This document shows positions 22,380-33,013 of a DNA stretch of 64,000 bases, piece by piece. A program made the position numbers and the translations under genes. This stretch comes from Macrostomum lignano (taxonomy: Eukaryota). The notes beneath the pieces were generated by a model that searched no databases, was not told where the DNA came from, and saw only the letters and a program-made list of their open reading frames with translations. The stretch is from NCBI GenBank assembly GCA_002269645.1, contig NIVC01000045.1, positions 372,001-436,000 on the forward strand, read 5' to 3'. Every line of letters begins with the position of its first letter. Positions within the stretch are counted from its first letter, which is position 1.

Positions 22380-25349
22380 ATGAGCAAGCAGATCCCGCCT
22401 ACTAAAATTACGAAACCTTCCGGTCTTCCTGCGGCCAAGCGTGTCGATAACCGCTCATCGGTTGATAAGATGGAGGCCTTTGGCCGAAACCTGCTAGGCC
22501 TAGGCAAGAAACCAACACGGCCACCTGCTGGTCCCTCTGGCGCTGCAACTGCCTCTGGTGCTCCGAGCGCAGTTAGCAAAGAGCCCAATAGCAACAGGGC
22601 CTCCAGGAGTAGCGCAGACAGCATCCCGCCGGATGCCCCGTATAGTCTAGCAGCCATTAGCTGCCCGGCTGGTATGGACTGCGCACCAGCACCGCCATCG
22701 GACACGCCACCATCTCCTAGGGAAAAGGCTGAGGTAACTACGCCAGCTTCAATGCCAAATCCAGCCGAACTACCTGAGGTGCAATATTCTAATGACAACG
22801 CATCTACAAGACCAAAATCTCCGGTGCTTGCGATCCCAGCAGAGCAGCCAAAATCACCAGACGGCGCCATCTCCATATCGTCGGCAAGTAGCTCTGGCTC
22901 TGCGACTGTGTTGGAAGGGGCTGGCCAAGCCGGCTCCAAAGACCCCAACGCAGCCGCAGCAGCATCTGACTCTGTGTCTGAGGCAGACTCCGCGAACGCC
23001 GGCTGTGTTGATCTGGATGCTGAGGACGCAAGCATACCGTATGAAAATCCAATTGGCTTTCCAATAAGCGCGGACAAATCGGCACTTCAAGTCAAGCTGC
23101 CTAGCCAAGACGTACGGCTGGAGTATTACCCGAATATGCTCCGTAGCGTAGCCGCCGACGTCTATGACCGGTTGATCCAAGACCTCCTGCCTATTGCTAT
23201 ACGTCACCGGCCTCAGGAACAGCGACGAGTGGTGTGGTTCGGGCCGGAGTACTCTTACTCTGGAGTCCCGCTCGGCGCTAACAAAAAATGGCACCCGCTA
23301 GTTGAAGACATGAGAGACTACCTCGAGCTCAACGCGGACATTGGTGCATCAAAATTTAATAGCTGCCTCATAAACTTTTATGAAACGGCTGATGACTGCA
23401 TACCTTTCCACGCCGATAATGAACCCGAACTCGGCAGGGACCCTTTTATCGCTACGGTCTCCTTTGGTGCAGTACGCCAATTCCTAATTAAGAACAACGA
23501 GGACCAACGAATAGTAGCGCAATTCGAGACAAAGCCCGGCTCAGTGATAGTAATGTCCGGTGCATGCCAACGCAAATGTAAGCACAGTGTCCCAGGAGTC
23601 GGCGTCCAGGAGGGTGTACGCATTTCTCTCACCTTTAGGGTGACATATCCACCTGGCGTCGGCACGCCGGGACACGGAGGCCCGACTGCGGCAGCAGCAT
23701 TCGTTGGAGACGGGCCTGGCAGTGGCCGGGCGGGCACCAGCCTGGCTGCGCCGGGCTCCCGGACAGCTGCGACCAACGGGCAGCCAGGAGACTGCGGAGC
23801 AGCCGGCGCGTCTGGCTCTGCGGTCCCAGGCGGCCCACGAGCCCAGGGCAACGGCGGCGGCAGCGCCGGCGGTGCGGGGCGGGGCGGCAACCGTCGCTCC
23901 TATGCGACCATGGCGGCAAATCAGCAAAGACCACGACAACCTAATAGCAGTAATGTGGTGCCAGTGGTTTTCAACACAACAGCTGAAGCCAGCCAATTAG
24001 TATTTCTTAAGTGGCTCGCGGCCAACTTTCAAGGGTCGGCCCGAGCCACACTTACCAAATCATTAGCGCACGAATTTGGCTTCCTGGTTTTTCCGGCCAC
24101 GCCACGGGACCATCAAATTTTCCTGCGTGGGCCCCTGCGCGAGCCCCAGTTTGTCGGGGGTCCGGTTACTAGGAGGCTTCCGAAAGCTAGGCATGACCAA
24201 CAAGCGAGGCGGACTGCACCGCAGCGACCGATGACCCAGGAGATCCACTCTTTTGTCGTGCGCGGAGTGCCGCTCAACGTCAGTGCTGAAGACTTCAAGC
24301 GCCACCTGAAAGACAGTGCGGGCCTAAAAATTATCTCGGCTAGCCGCATTATTGCCAAAAGCAAAAATCAACCCACCTACCTGATGCGAGTCTTTGTCCA
24401 AAACAAGCAGACCGTGGACGCCTGTCTGGCAACAGGCATCATCACAGACTTCATAACGTACCAATGCGAGCCAAGCAGAACGGCGACTCCCGCCCGGGCT
24501 CCACAATGCCAAAAATGCCAGAGGTTCGGGCATCACGCCCAACGATGTAGAGCGGCCAAGCGCTGTCAAATCTGTGCGGCCGAGCATCACTGGCGTGAGT
24601 GCGACAGGCAAGATGCTGTCAAGTGCGCGAACTGCGGCGAGTCACACCGCGCTAATTATAGAAACTGCCAGGTAGCGATCGACAGCCACAGTGCGGCCCA
24701 AAGGCGTGCGGCTGCCTACGCAGCGGGCGCTCGTGAAGCCGCGGCTGGGACAGGCCAGTTGACCGCTCCACCATCAATGGCGGCAGCAGCGACAGCAGCA
24801 GCACCAGTATCGGCAGCGGCAGCAGCGGCGCCCCCCGCCCCCGCATTGAGACCAATATCGGCAGCGGCAGCAGCGGCGCCCCCCGCCCCCGCGCCGAGAC
24901 CAACATCGGCAGCAGTCCCGAGTTCGGCCGACGCTGCAGCACGGGCGCCAGCGGCGACAGGAGGCGACGATGACTCGTCCTGGCTCACCGGCCACGCCCT
25001 CCCTAGCCGGAAGCGCCCTGTGCGCGAATCGACCGACTCGGTATTGCAATCCACCGTGCCAAAAGCGACTCAAAACAATAATCCGCCGCCGAGTGTGAAC
25101 TTTGAACCGCTGATCCCAGGACTGGTGAGTGGGCTACTGCCTTGCCTGGTCCAAGCACTCGTAGAGGTGATTACGACGCTCTGGCCGAGTGCTGCCGAAC
25201 GGCCGCTTCCTACTGATGGCTCTGGTGACTCAGTGCCTGAAGTAGTGAGTAGGGTTCTGGCCCGTACACTCCAAGGAGCGTCGCTAAGTCATCAAAGCTC
25301 TGGTCAGCTATCGGGCGCTTTCCAGCGTCAGGCGGATGGCCGGACCTAG
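22380..25349 (+). CDS. LINE ORF1 (989 aa): disordered N-terminus, AlkB/2OG-Fe(II) dioxygenase, RRM-like region and three Cys/His zinc knuckles
   Basis: AlkB at ~23106-23645 with FNSCLINFY...FHAD (His 23409, Asp 23415), KHSVP (His 23583) and RISLTFR. Knuckles CQKCQRFGHHAQRC, CQICAAEHHWREC, CANCGESHRANYRNC. Confidence 0.92.
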   Translation: MSKQIPPTKITKPSGLPAAKRVDNRSSVDKMEAFGRNLLGLGKKPTRPPAGPSGAATASGAPSAVSKEPNSNRASRSSADSIPPDAPYSLAAISCPAGMDCAPAPPSDTPPSPREKAEVTTPASMPNPAELPEVQYSNDNASTRPKSPVLAIPAEQPKSPDGAISISSASSSGSATVLEGAGQAGSKDPNAAAAASDSVSEADSANAGCVDLDAEDASIPYENPIGFPISADKSALQVKLPSQDVRLEYYPNMLRSVAADVYDRLIQDLLPIAIRHRPQEQRRVVWFGPEYSYSGVPLGANKKWHPLVEDMRDYLELNADIGASKFNSCLINFYETADDCIPFHADNEPELGRDPFIATVSFGAVRQFLIKNNEDQRIVAQFETKPGSVIVMSGACQRKCKHSVPGVGVQEGVRISLTFRVTYPPGVGTPGHGGPTAAAAFVGDGPGSGRAGTSLAAPGSRTAATNGQPGDCGAAGASGSAVPGGPRAQGNGGGSAGGAGRGGNRRSYATMAANQQRPRQPNSSNVVPVVFNTTAEASQLVFLKWLAANFQGSARATLTKSLAHEFGFLVFPATPRDHQIFLRGPLREPQFVGGPVTRRLPKARHDQQARRTAPQRPMTQEIHSFVVRGVPLNVSAEDFKRHLKDSAGLKIISASRIIAKSKNQPTYLMRVFVQNKQTVDACLATGIITDFITYQCEPSRTATPARAPQCQKCQRFGHHAQRCRAAKRCQICAAEHHWRECDRQDAVKCANCGESHRANYRNCQVAIDSHSAAQRRAAAYAAGAREAAAGTGQLTAPPSMAAAATAAAPVSAAAAAAPPAPALRPISAAAAAAPPAPAPRPTSAAVPSSADAAARAPAATGGDDDSSWLTGHALPSRKRPVRESTDSVLQSTVPKATQNNNPPPSVNFEPLIPGLVSGLLPCLVQALVEVITTLWPSAAERPLPTDGSGDSVPEVVSRVLARTLQGASLSHQSSGQLSGAFQRQADGRT

Positions 25350-28235
25350 AAAAGTATAAAATAGAAATTTTCGGTAGTAACGGGCATGATGATAGCTCGA
25401 ACCCCACTGCCTCAGGGCTTAGGATCGCCCACCTAAACTGCAGGGGGATTATACCGAAACTAAAAGAACTCAGGCTCTGGGTCTCAGACCAAAAGTTGGA
25501 TATTGCTCTGTTCTCTGAGACCATCCTGAAAAATACCCAAGTATGCACTTTTCCGGGCTATGCTGCAGTGCGGTTTGATCTTCCAAACACGAAGCGTGGA
25601 CTCCTCCTTGTGCACACCCCTCGGGTAAAGGTAGCTGACGTCCAGCTCTCGTACGACAATGTCAACCATGAGGTCCTCACCTGCACAGTCACACCCGTTG
25701 ACGGTGCATGTCCACCTTTCCAACTCTCCCTGGTTTATCGGTCCCCATCGCCGGATAACCTCGACACAGGTCTTTTGACGAGGCTGTCCTCGGCCAAGCA
25801 CTCGCTCATCATGGGAGACCTAAATGCTAGACACAGCTTTTTGGGGGGCGAAAGTCGCAACAACAGAGCAGGACAGCAGCTCCATGATTGGCTCTGTGGC
25901 GATCCATCCCAACGCCCTACCGTTCTCAACCAACCAGGCCAGTTCACCAGAATAGCCCACCGGCAAGGCGCTGTGTCCCGGAATGTGCTTGACCTTGGGT
26001 TAGCCTCCGGTGACCTCGTCTCATATGTCCAAGACTTCAAGGTGGGCTCTGACCTGGACAGTGACCATCTCCCAATCATACTCACACTAGCGAGTAACTC
26101 CCCAGAGTGGCAAGGGCCGGATAAGGCCCGAAATTTTGCTAAAGCTAACTGGGAAGAGTTCCAAAACTCCCTGATGGAAAAGCTGGCAAACGCGTGGCCT
26201 CCAGACCTTAGTACTAGGCAGCAGATTGATGCGGAGGTCGACTTCATCACAAACGCGATCCAGAAAACCATTGAGGATAATGTCCCGGTCAGAAAAGGCC
26301 GTAGAGCACTCCCCCAAAGGATCATTGCCATGATCAAGGAGAGGAGGAAGCTCCGGCGTCTATACCACAGTACCAGGGAAGACAACTTTAGGCTGCTCGC
26401 GAATAGGAAGGCGAAGGAAATTAAAAGCGCTATCCATTCGTTTGAGCAGGGCCAGTTTACCCAATTGTGCGAGAAAATAGTTGAAAAAAGTCAATGCCGG
26501 AATGTCAAGGACTTCTGGCAAGACACAAAAAAATTGATGGGGCGTAAAAAGGGCACCACTATTCCGTCCTTGAACGATGGCGCCTCCCTCGCACATACTG
26601 ACTCGGACAAGGCGGAAATGTTGGCGAGTGCGCTAGATGCCAAAATGCGTCCGATCCCATCTACTGACGAGGATCTGAAGAAGCGGGTTGAGCAGGTCAT
26701 GAAGCTCCCCCTTTTCAGACCTGTCCCTCCGGGCGCCAAACCGCATATGGGCCACCCCCTGGAGGCTCCGTTCTCTGTTACAGACACCCTCTGGGAGCTG
26801 GACCATCTGAAAGTCGACAGTGCTCCGGGCCAAAGTTCCAAACTGCGTCCTTAAGCATGGCCTAGAGCCCATTGCGGTTACCCGCATTACCAAGCTCTTC
26901 AACGACTGTTATCGTACGGGCATCTTCCCATCGCAGTGGAAAAAAGCGGTGGTGACGATGATCCCTAAACCAGACAAACCGCCTGAGTCCCCGGGTTCCT
27001 ATCGGCCCATCAGCCTGACCTCCTGCCTCGGCAAGGTATTCGAGAAGTTATTGGTGAGGAGGCTGATGAAGCATCTTGAGGACCAAGGTATCCTCGGTGC
27101 GGACCAGTGCGCTTACAGGAAGGTCCACTCGACCTACGATAATCTCGTCCGCCTCGTCCAAGACGTCCAGGTGGGCAAAGCTAAACTCAAAAGGATCTTG
27201 GCCATACTCCTTGACGTACAAGCGGCGTTTGACTCGGTGTGGTATGACTACCTGCGTTTCAGGACTTTTGAAGTCAATACACCGGACGCCCTCGTCAGGA
27301 TCTGCTCCGACTATCTGGCAGACAGGCACATGCAGGTGAAGGTGAACGGGGCGCTCAGCCGGCCGTACGAATTGCAGGCAGGCGTCCCCCAGGGTGGCAT
27401 CTTAAGCCCTTTTCCTTTACCTGCTCTTCATCAGCACCATGCCTAGGCCGCAACAACCAAATCTTAAGCGAAGCCAATTCGCCGACGACATGGCGACATG
27501 GCTTCGGCGGACTCTTTTGCTGGCCTCAAAACGCTCCTGCAACCCTACCTCGACCGTGTGTGGAAATGGTGTCGGGGGCAGGGGATCAAAATCAACGCCA
27601 GCAAAAGCCAGGTTATCGCGTTTAACTATAAGCCAACTCAGCGGCTCGATCTTCGCCCCAAGCTGAAACTTGGTGGCACGAGCCTTGAGTACCAGGAAGA
27701 AGTCCGGTTCCTTGGTATGAACCTGGACTACAGGCTGACCCTCAACTCGCATATTGAAAGGGTAGTCAGCCATGGCAGGGCGCTTGCGCTATCCATCAAC
27801 CGCATTGCTAAACTAACCCGGCTAAGCAGCAATACACTAAAAATGCTATACAGGGCTTATGTTGAGAGTGCGCTGACGTACGGTGCCCCGGTGTTGAATA
27901 TTATAGCACCCAGTAATCTCAATAAGCTCCAAAAAATCTAAAACCTAGCCCTCCGGATCTGCTACGGTGCCCCCAGTTACACCCAGGTAGCCTACTTACA
28001 TGAGTTGGCAGCCATGCCGATGATGGCTGACAGGATCCGCGCCCTTTGCGTAGGCTGGCTCACGAAAGTGAAGGCTGCCGGGCACCATAACTTCCATATA
28101 GAACCGGAACTCCCAAGAGCTGCCCGAAACCGTCCCCCAGTGCTGAACCTGCTTTGGGACAGCCTGAAGAGGAGGCAGGTAAATAGACAAGCAGCTGCTA
28201 ATGCGGCAGCCCGTGCGGCCCGCAACCCGCCCTAG
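25322..28235 (+). pseudogene. LINE ORF2: apurinic endonuclease plus reverse transcriptase, with a few frameshifts and one stop
   Basis: LRIAHLNCRG, DIALFSET, IMGDLNARH, SDHLPI (APE); YRPISLTSCLGKVFE, LLDVQAAFDSVW, GVPQGGILSP, FADD (RT). It opens in the -1 frame relative to ORF1 with no nearby in-frame ATG. No RNase H recognised. Confidence 0.9.
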
Positions 28236-28865
28236 ACTTACTAGGTCGGCTACCCCACAGAACCTGGTGCGCCCCCAGACAGCGGCTAGCCCTTCTTTCC
28301 CATCCCATGGACCTGCAGGCTGTCAGTGCATGAATGAATAATTAGACCAAATTACTAAATAGGCGATGAATATTTAGCGGCGAGTGCTGGATCAGGCGGG
28401 GGTGCCTACGACCCAGTAACTAGGCAGTATAAGTAGCGATGCCGAACCGATGTACTGTGATCCGCCACCTACTTTTTCCGTATTCCGCCTTGCTTATATA
28501 ATTTTTCTTACAACCCAACTTTTATTTGCAATGCTGTTTTTACACCTGGCTTTTGCCCTGTTTTTATTTCAAATATTCGCGCTGATCCCCCTAAATAGGT
28601 CAAATTTATCTTTGTGAGGACCTGGCCCAAGCTAAATAGAGCACCCCACTATTAATCAGTTGCGACAAATACTTTTTTATTTATCCCAAAATGTAAATAG
28701 TTCAATATTAAGCGAATCTTTTATTAAATTTATTTTATTCTCTTTCGCTATACCAATATTCGCATTACCTTTTTTAATCAACATATTACATCGGCAGAGC
28801 CCTACCCGGGCTGATCCGAGAGTCCTACTTTGACTCGCTCGTTTAAAAAAAAAAGACGGTCTCTT

Positions 28866-29208
28866 CTAACTAACTAAATTATTTTATCACCTGGCTATAC
28901 TTGCAGTAGTCATTTTCAATTAATGCCAATACTACTCTAAATCTTAATTCAAGAATGCTTGCACTACCCCTTACAGTATGGTCCAGAGCTTTGTGAGGAC
29001 CCCCCCCCTCTATTCAGAAACTCCCCCTATTTTAGTGCAAATTAATCTTAATGAAGCCAAATGTAAATATTTTAAATACCAACTTGAAATTCTATTTTTA
29101 ATGCTTCGCCAACTAAATTCGTATATAAAATTAAAATAAATCGGCAGAGCCCATCTCGGGCTGATCCGAGGGTGCCTAACTTACACCCATTCGTTTAACA
29201 ACAACAAC
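28866..29208 (+). mobile_element. Array unit D: 3'-UTR-only insertion
   Basis: AT-rich ~340 bp ending in the shared hairpin module plus (AAC)4, bounded by AAAGACGGTCTCTT on both sides. Confidence 0.75.
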
Positions 29209-29222
29209 AAAGACGGTCTCTT

Positions 29223-32200
29223 CCGCGGAGCGGCCGGCGCGCCCGGCTCTGCAGTCCCTGGCGGCCCACGAGCCCAGGGCAACGGCGGCGGCAACGTCGG
29301 CGGTGCGGGGCGGGGCGGCTATCGCCGTTCCTACGCTGAAATGGCGGCGAATAACAACCAGGATGCATCACGGCCCCCGAACAATAACCGGGGAAGTAAT
29401 GTGGTACCAGTAGTGTTTAATACTGCGGCAGAAGCTAGTCAAATTGAGTTTCTAAAGTGGCTCGCGGCCAACTTCCAAGGGTCGGCCCGGGCTACACTCA
29501 CCAAAAAGTTGACTTATGAAGTCGGCTTCCTCGTGTTTCCGGCTACTCCGCGAGACCACCAGTTGTTCCTGCGTGGGCCTCTGCGCGAGACCCAGTTTGC
29601 TGGGGGGCCGGTAACGAGGCGTCTACCAAAGGCTCGACCGGACCCACGAGCTAGGCCTGCTGCGCCACAGCGACCCCGATGACCCGAGCGATCCACTCGT
29701 TCGTGGTGCGCGGCGTGCCTCAGGAGGTCGAGGCCAGCGACTTCAAGCGGCACCTGCAAGAGAGCGCGGGTCTTAATATTATATCAGCTAGCCGCATCAC
29801 TGCTAGGCGAGACAACAAGCCTACTAGCCTAATCAGAGTCTTTGTCCGTAACAAACAGACCGTTGATGCCTGTCTAGCCACAGGAATCGTTACGGATTTC
29901 ACAACCTACCAGTGCGAGCCAAACAGGACCGCAGCACCGGCACGAGCACCGCAGTGTCAAAACTGCCAGCGCTTCGGTCACCACGCCCAGAGGTGCAAGG
30001 CGGCCAAGCGTTGTCGGATCTGTGCGGCCGCGCACCACTGGCGAGACTGCGACAACCAAAATGCGGTAAAATGTGCGAACTGCAACGAGCCGCACAGAGC
30101 TAACTACCGCAACTGCCAGGTGGCGGTCGATTGCCACAGCGCGGCCCAAAGGCGTGTGGCTGCCTACGCAGCGGGCGCCCAGGAAGCCGCGGCTGAGATA
30201 GGCCGGTCGACCGCTCCACCACCTATTGCGGCAGTAGCGGCAGCAGTAGCACCAGCATCAGTAGCGGCAGTAGCGGCGTCCCCCGCCCCCGCATCGAGAC
30301 CAGCACCGGCAGCAGTCCCGAGTTCGGCCGACGCCGCAGCACGGGCGCCAACGGCGACAGGAGGCGATGATGACTCGTCCTGGCTCACCGGCCATGTCCT
30401 CCCAAGCCGGAAGCGCCCTGTGCGCGAATCGACCAACTCGGAATCGCAATCTACTGTGCCAAAAGTAACTCAAAATAACAATCCGCCGCCGAGTGTAAAT
30501 TTTGAACCGCTGATCCCAGGACTGGTGAGTGGGCTACTGCCTTGCCTGGTTCAAGCACTCGTAGAGGTGGTCAAGACGCTCTGGCCGAGTGCTGCCGAAC
30601 GCCAAAATGCGCCCGATCCCATCAACTGATGAAGATCTGAAGAAACGGGTTGAGCAGGCTATGAAGCTCCCCCTCTTTAGACCTGTCCCCCCGGGCGCAG
30701 AACCATACATGGGCCACCCCCTGGAGGCTCCTTTCTCTGTCACGGACACCCTCTTGGAGCTGGACCACCTAAAAGTAGACACTGCTCCGGGCCTGGACAA
30801 AGTTCGTAACTGCGTCCTTAAGCATGGCCTAGAGCCCATTGCGGTTACCCGCATTACCAAGCTCTTCAACGACTGTTATCGTACGGGCATCTTCCCATCG
30901 CAGTGGAAAAAAGCGGTGGTGACGATGATCCCTAAACCAGACAAACCGCCTGAGTCCCCGGGTTCCTATCGGCCCATCAGCCTGACCTCCTGCCTCGGCA
31001 AGGTGTTCGAGAAGTTATTGGTGAGGAGGCAGATGAAACATCTTGAGGACCAAGGTATCCTCGGTGCGGACCAGTGCGCCTACAGGAAGGTCCATTCGAC
31101 TTACGACAATCTTGTCCGCCTCGTTCAAGACGTCCAGGTGGGCAAAGCCAAACTAAAAAGATTGCTGGCCATTCTCCTTGACGTACAAGCGGCGTTTGAC
31201 TCGGTGTGGTACGACTACCTGAGGTTCAGGATGTACGAAGTCAACTCACCGGACGCCCTCGTCAGGATCTGCTCTGACTATCTAGCAGACAGGCTAATGC
31301 AGGTGAAGGTTAACGGAGCACTTAGTCAGCCGTACGAGTTGCAGGCGGGTGTCCCACAGGCCTGCAACAGGATGGAGTCGTCAGGATGGAGTCCCATCCC
31401 GAGCCCTTTCCTTTACCTGCTCTTCATCAGCACCATGCCTCGGCCAGGACAACCAAACCTTAAGCGAAGCCAATTCGCCGACGACATGGCCATCTGGGCC
31501 TCGGCGGACTCTTTTGCTGGCCTCAAGACACTCTTGCAACCTTCCTAGATCGCGTGTGGAAATGGTGTGGGGGGCAGGGGATCAAGATCAACGCCGGCAA
31601 GAGTCAGGTCATCGCGTTTAACTACAAGCTTACCCAGCGGCTCGACCTCCGCCCCAAGCTGAAACTTGGTGGCACGAGCTTTGAATACCAAGATGAAGTC
31701 CGGTTCCTTGGTATGAACCTGGACTACAGGCTGACTCTTAACTCGCATGTTGAAAGAGTAGTCAGTCATGGCCGGGCACTTGCGCTTTCCATCAACCGCA
31801 TTGCTAAACTGACCCGACTAAGCAGTAACACCCTAAAAATGCTCTACAGGGCTTATGTTGAGAGTGCGCTGACCTACGGTGCCCCGGTGCTGAATATTAT
31901 TGCACCCAGTAACCTCAATAAGCTCCAAAAAATCCAAAACCTAGCTCTCAGGATCTGCTATGGTGCCCCCAGTTACACCCAGGTAGCCTACTTACATGAG
32001 CTGGCAGCCATGCCTATGATGGCGGATAGGATTCGCGCCCTAGGCGTGGGCTGGCTCACCAAAGTGAAGGCTGCTGGGCACCATGACTTCCACATAGAAC
32101 CGGAACTCCCTAGAGCTGCCCGAAACCGCCCCCAGTGCTGAACCTGCTATGGGACAGCCTGAAGAGAAGGCAAGCAAATAGACAAGCAGCTGCGTATGCG

Positions 32201-33003
32201 GCGGCCCGTGCGGCCCAGAACCCGCCGTAGATCTGCTAGTTCAGCTGTTCCAATATATGGGTGCGCCCCCAAACAGTGGCTTGCCCCTCTTTCTCCTCTG
32301 TGAGGATCAATCCTCTGTCAGCGCACAATCAAACAAACCAAAATATTCAATAGGCGTAGAATAATGCGGCGAGTGCTGGACCAGGTGGGGGTGCCTACGA
32401 CCCAGTAACTATACAGTAAGAATTGCTGTGCCTACCTGTTAGTACTGCTGATGATACTGTGATCCGCCGCAGACCTCTTCCTGACTCCGCCTCTCTTTGC
32501 CTTTTTACAATCGAATTATTTTAAACTGCAAATGCTTCTTTTACACCTGGCTTTTGCCTTGCTTATATTTTTACTCTTCTTTTTATCCTAACCCAAATAT
32601 ACAAATAATGCTTCTTACATAAACTTTTAGTTATATGTGCCAACGAGGCCAATCCAATATATTTCGTGTAGGGGCTGCTACTAGTAGTAGTTCCTGCCGC
32701 ATAGCTATTATATTATTTTTTACTAAATACAAATATTTGAATACTGATTTAAAACCTTCGCGCTGATTCCCCTTTCGGTCCAAAATATCTTTGTGAGGAC
32801 CCGTCCCAATTTCTGTAGAGTTCCCCCTCTATCAGTTGCGACCACTTCTTTATTTTTATTCCTAAATGTAAATAATTAATTTAAATCGAATATTTTAACT
32901 CTCGTATAACCAATACTTAGCAAACTTTTTTTTAATTTAAATATATCGGCAGAGCCCTACCCGGGCTGAACCGAGGTGTCTTCAGCACCACTCGTTTAAC
33001 AAC
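29223..33003 (+). mobile_element. Array unit E: 5'-truncated, internally deleted LINE (ORF1 C-terminal half joined to RT; APE missing)
   Basis: Starts just downstream of AlkB. The junction at 30600/30601 joins unit-C-equivalent 25200 to ~26639. RT, 3' UTR and (AAC) tail are present. Confidence 0.88.
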
Positions 33004-33013
33004 AAAGACGGTC

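Larger units (their letters stand above)
22183..28851 (+). mobile_element. Array unit C: full-length APE-RT LINE (I/Jockey-like architecture) with AlkB in ORF1
   Basis: 5' UTR, ORF1, ORF2, ~620 bp 3' UTR and A-rich tail, flanked by AAAGACGGTCTCTT repeats. Confidence 0.9.

Noticed and set aside
23106-23645. Host ALKBH2/3 gene
   Set aside because: Intronless, in frame with gag-like knuckles, and repeated in several retroelement copies.
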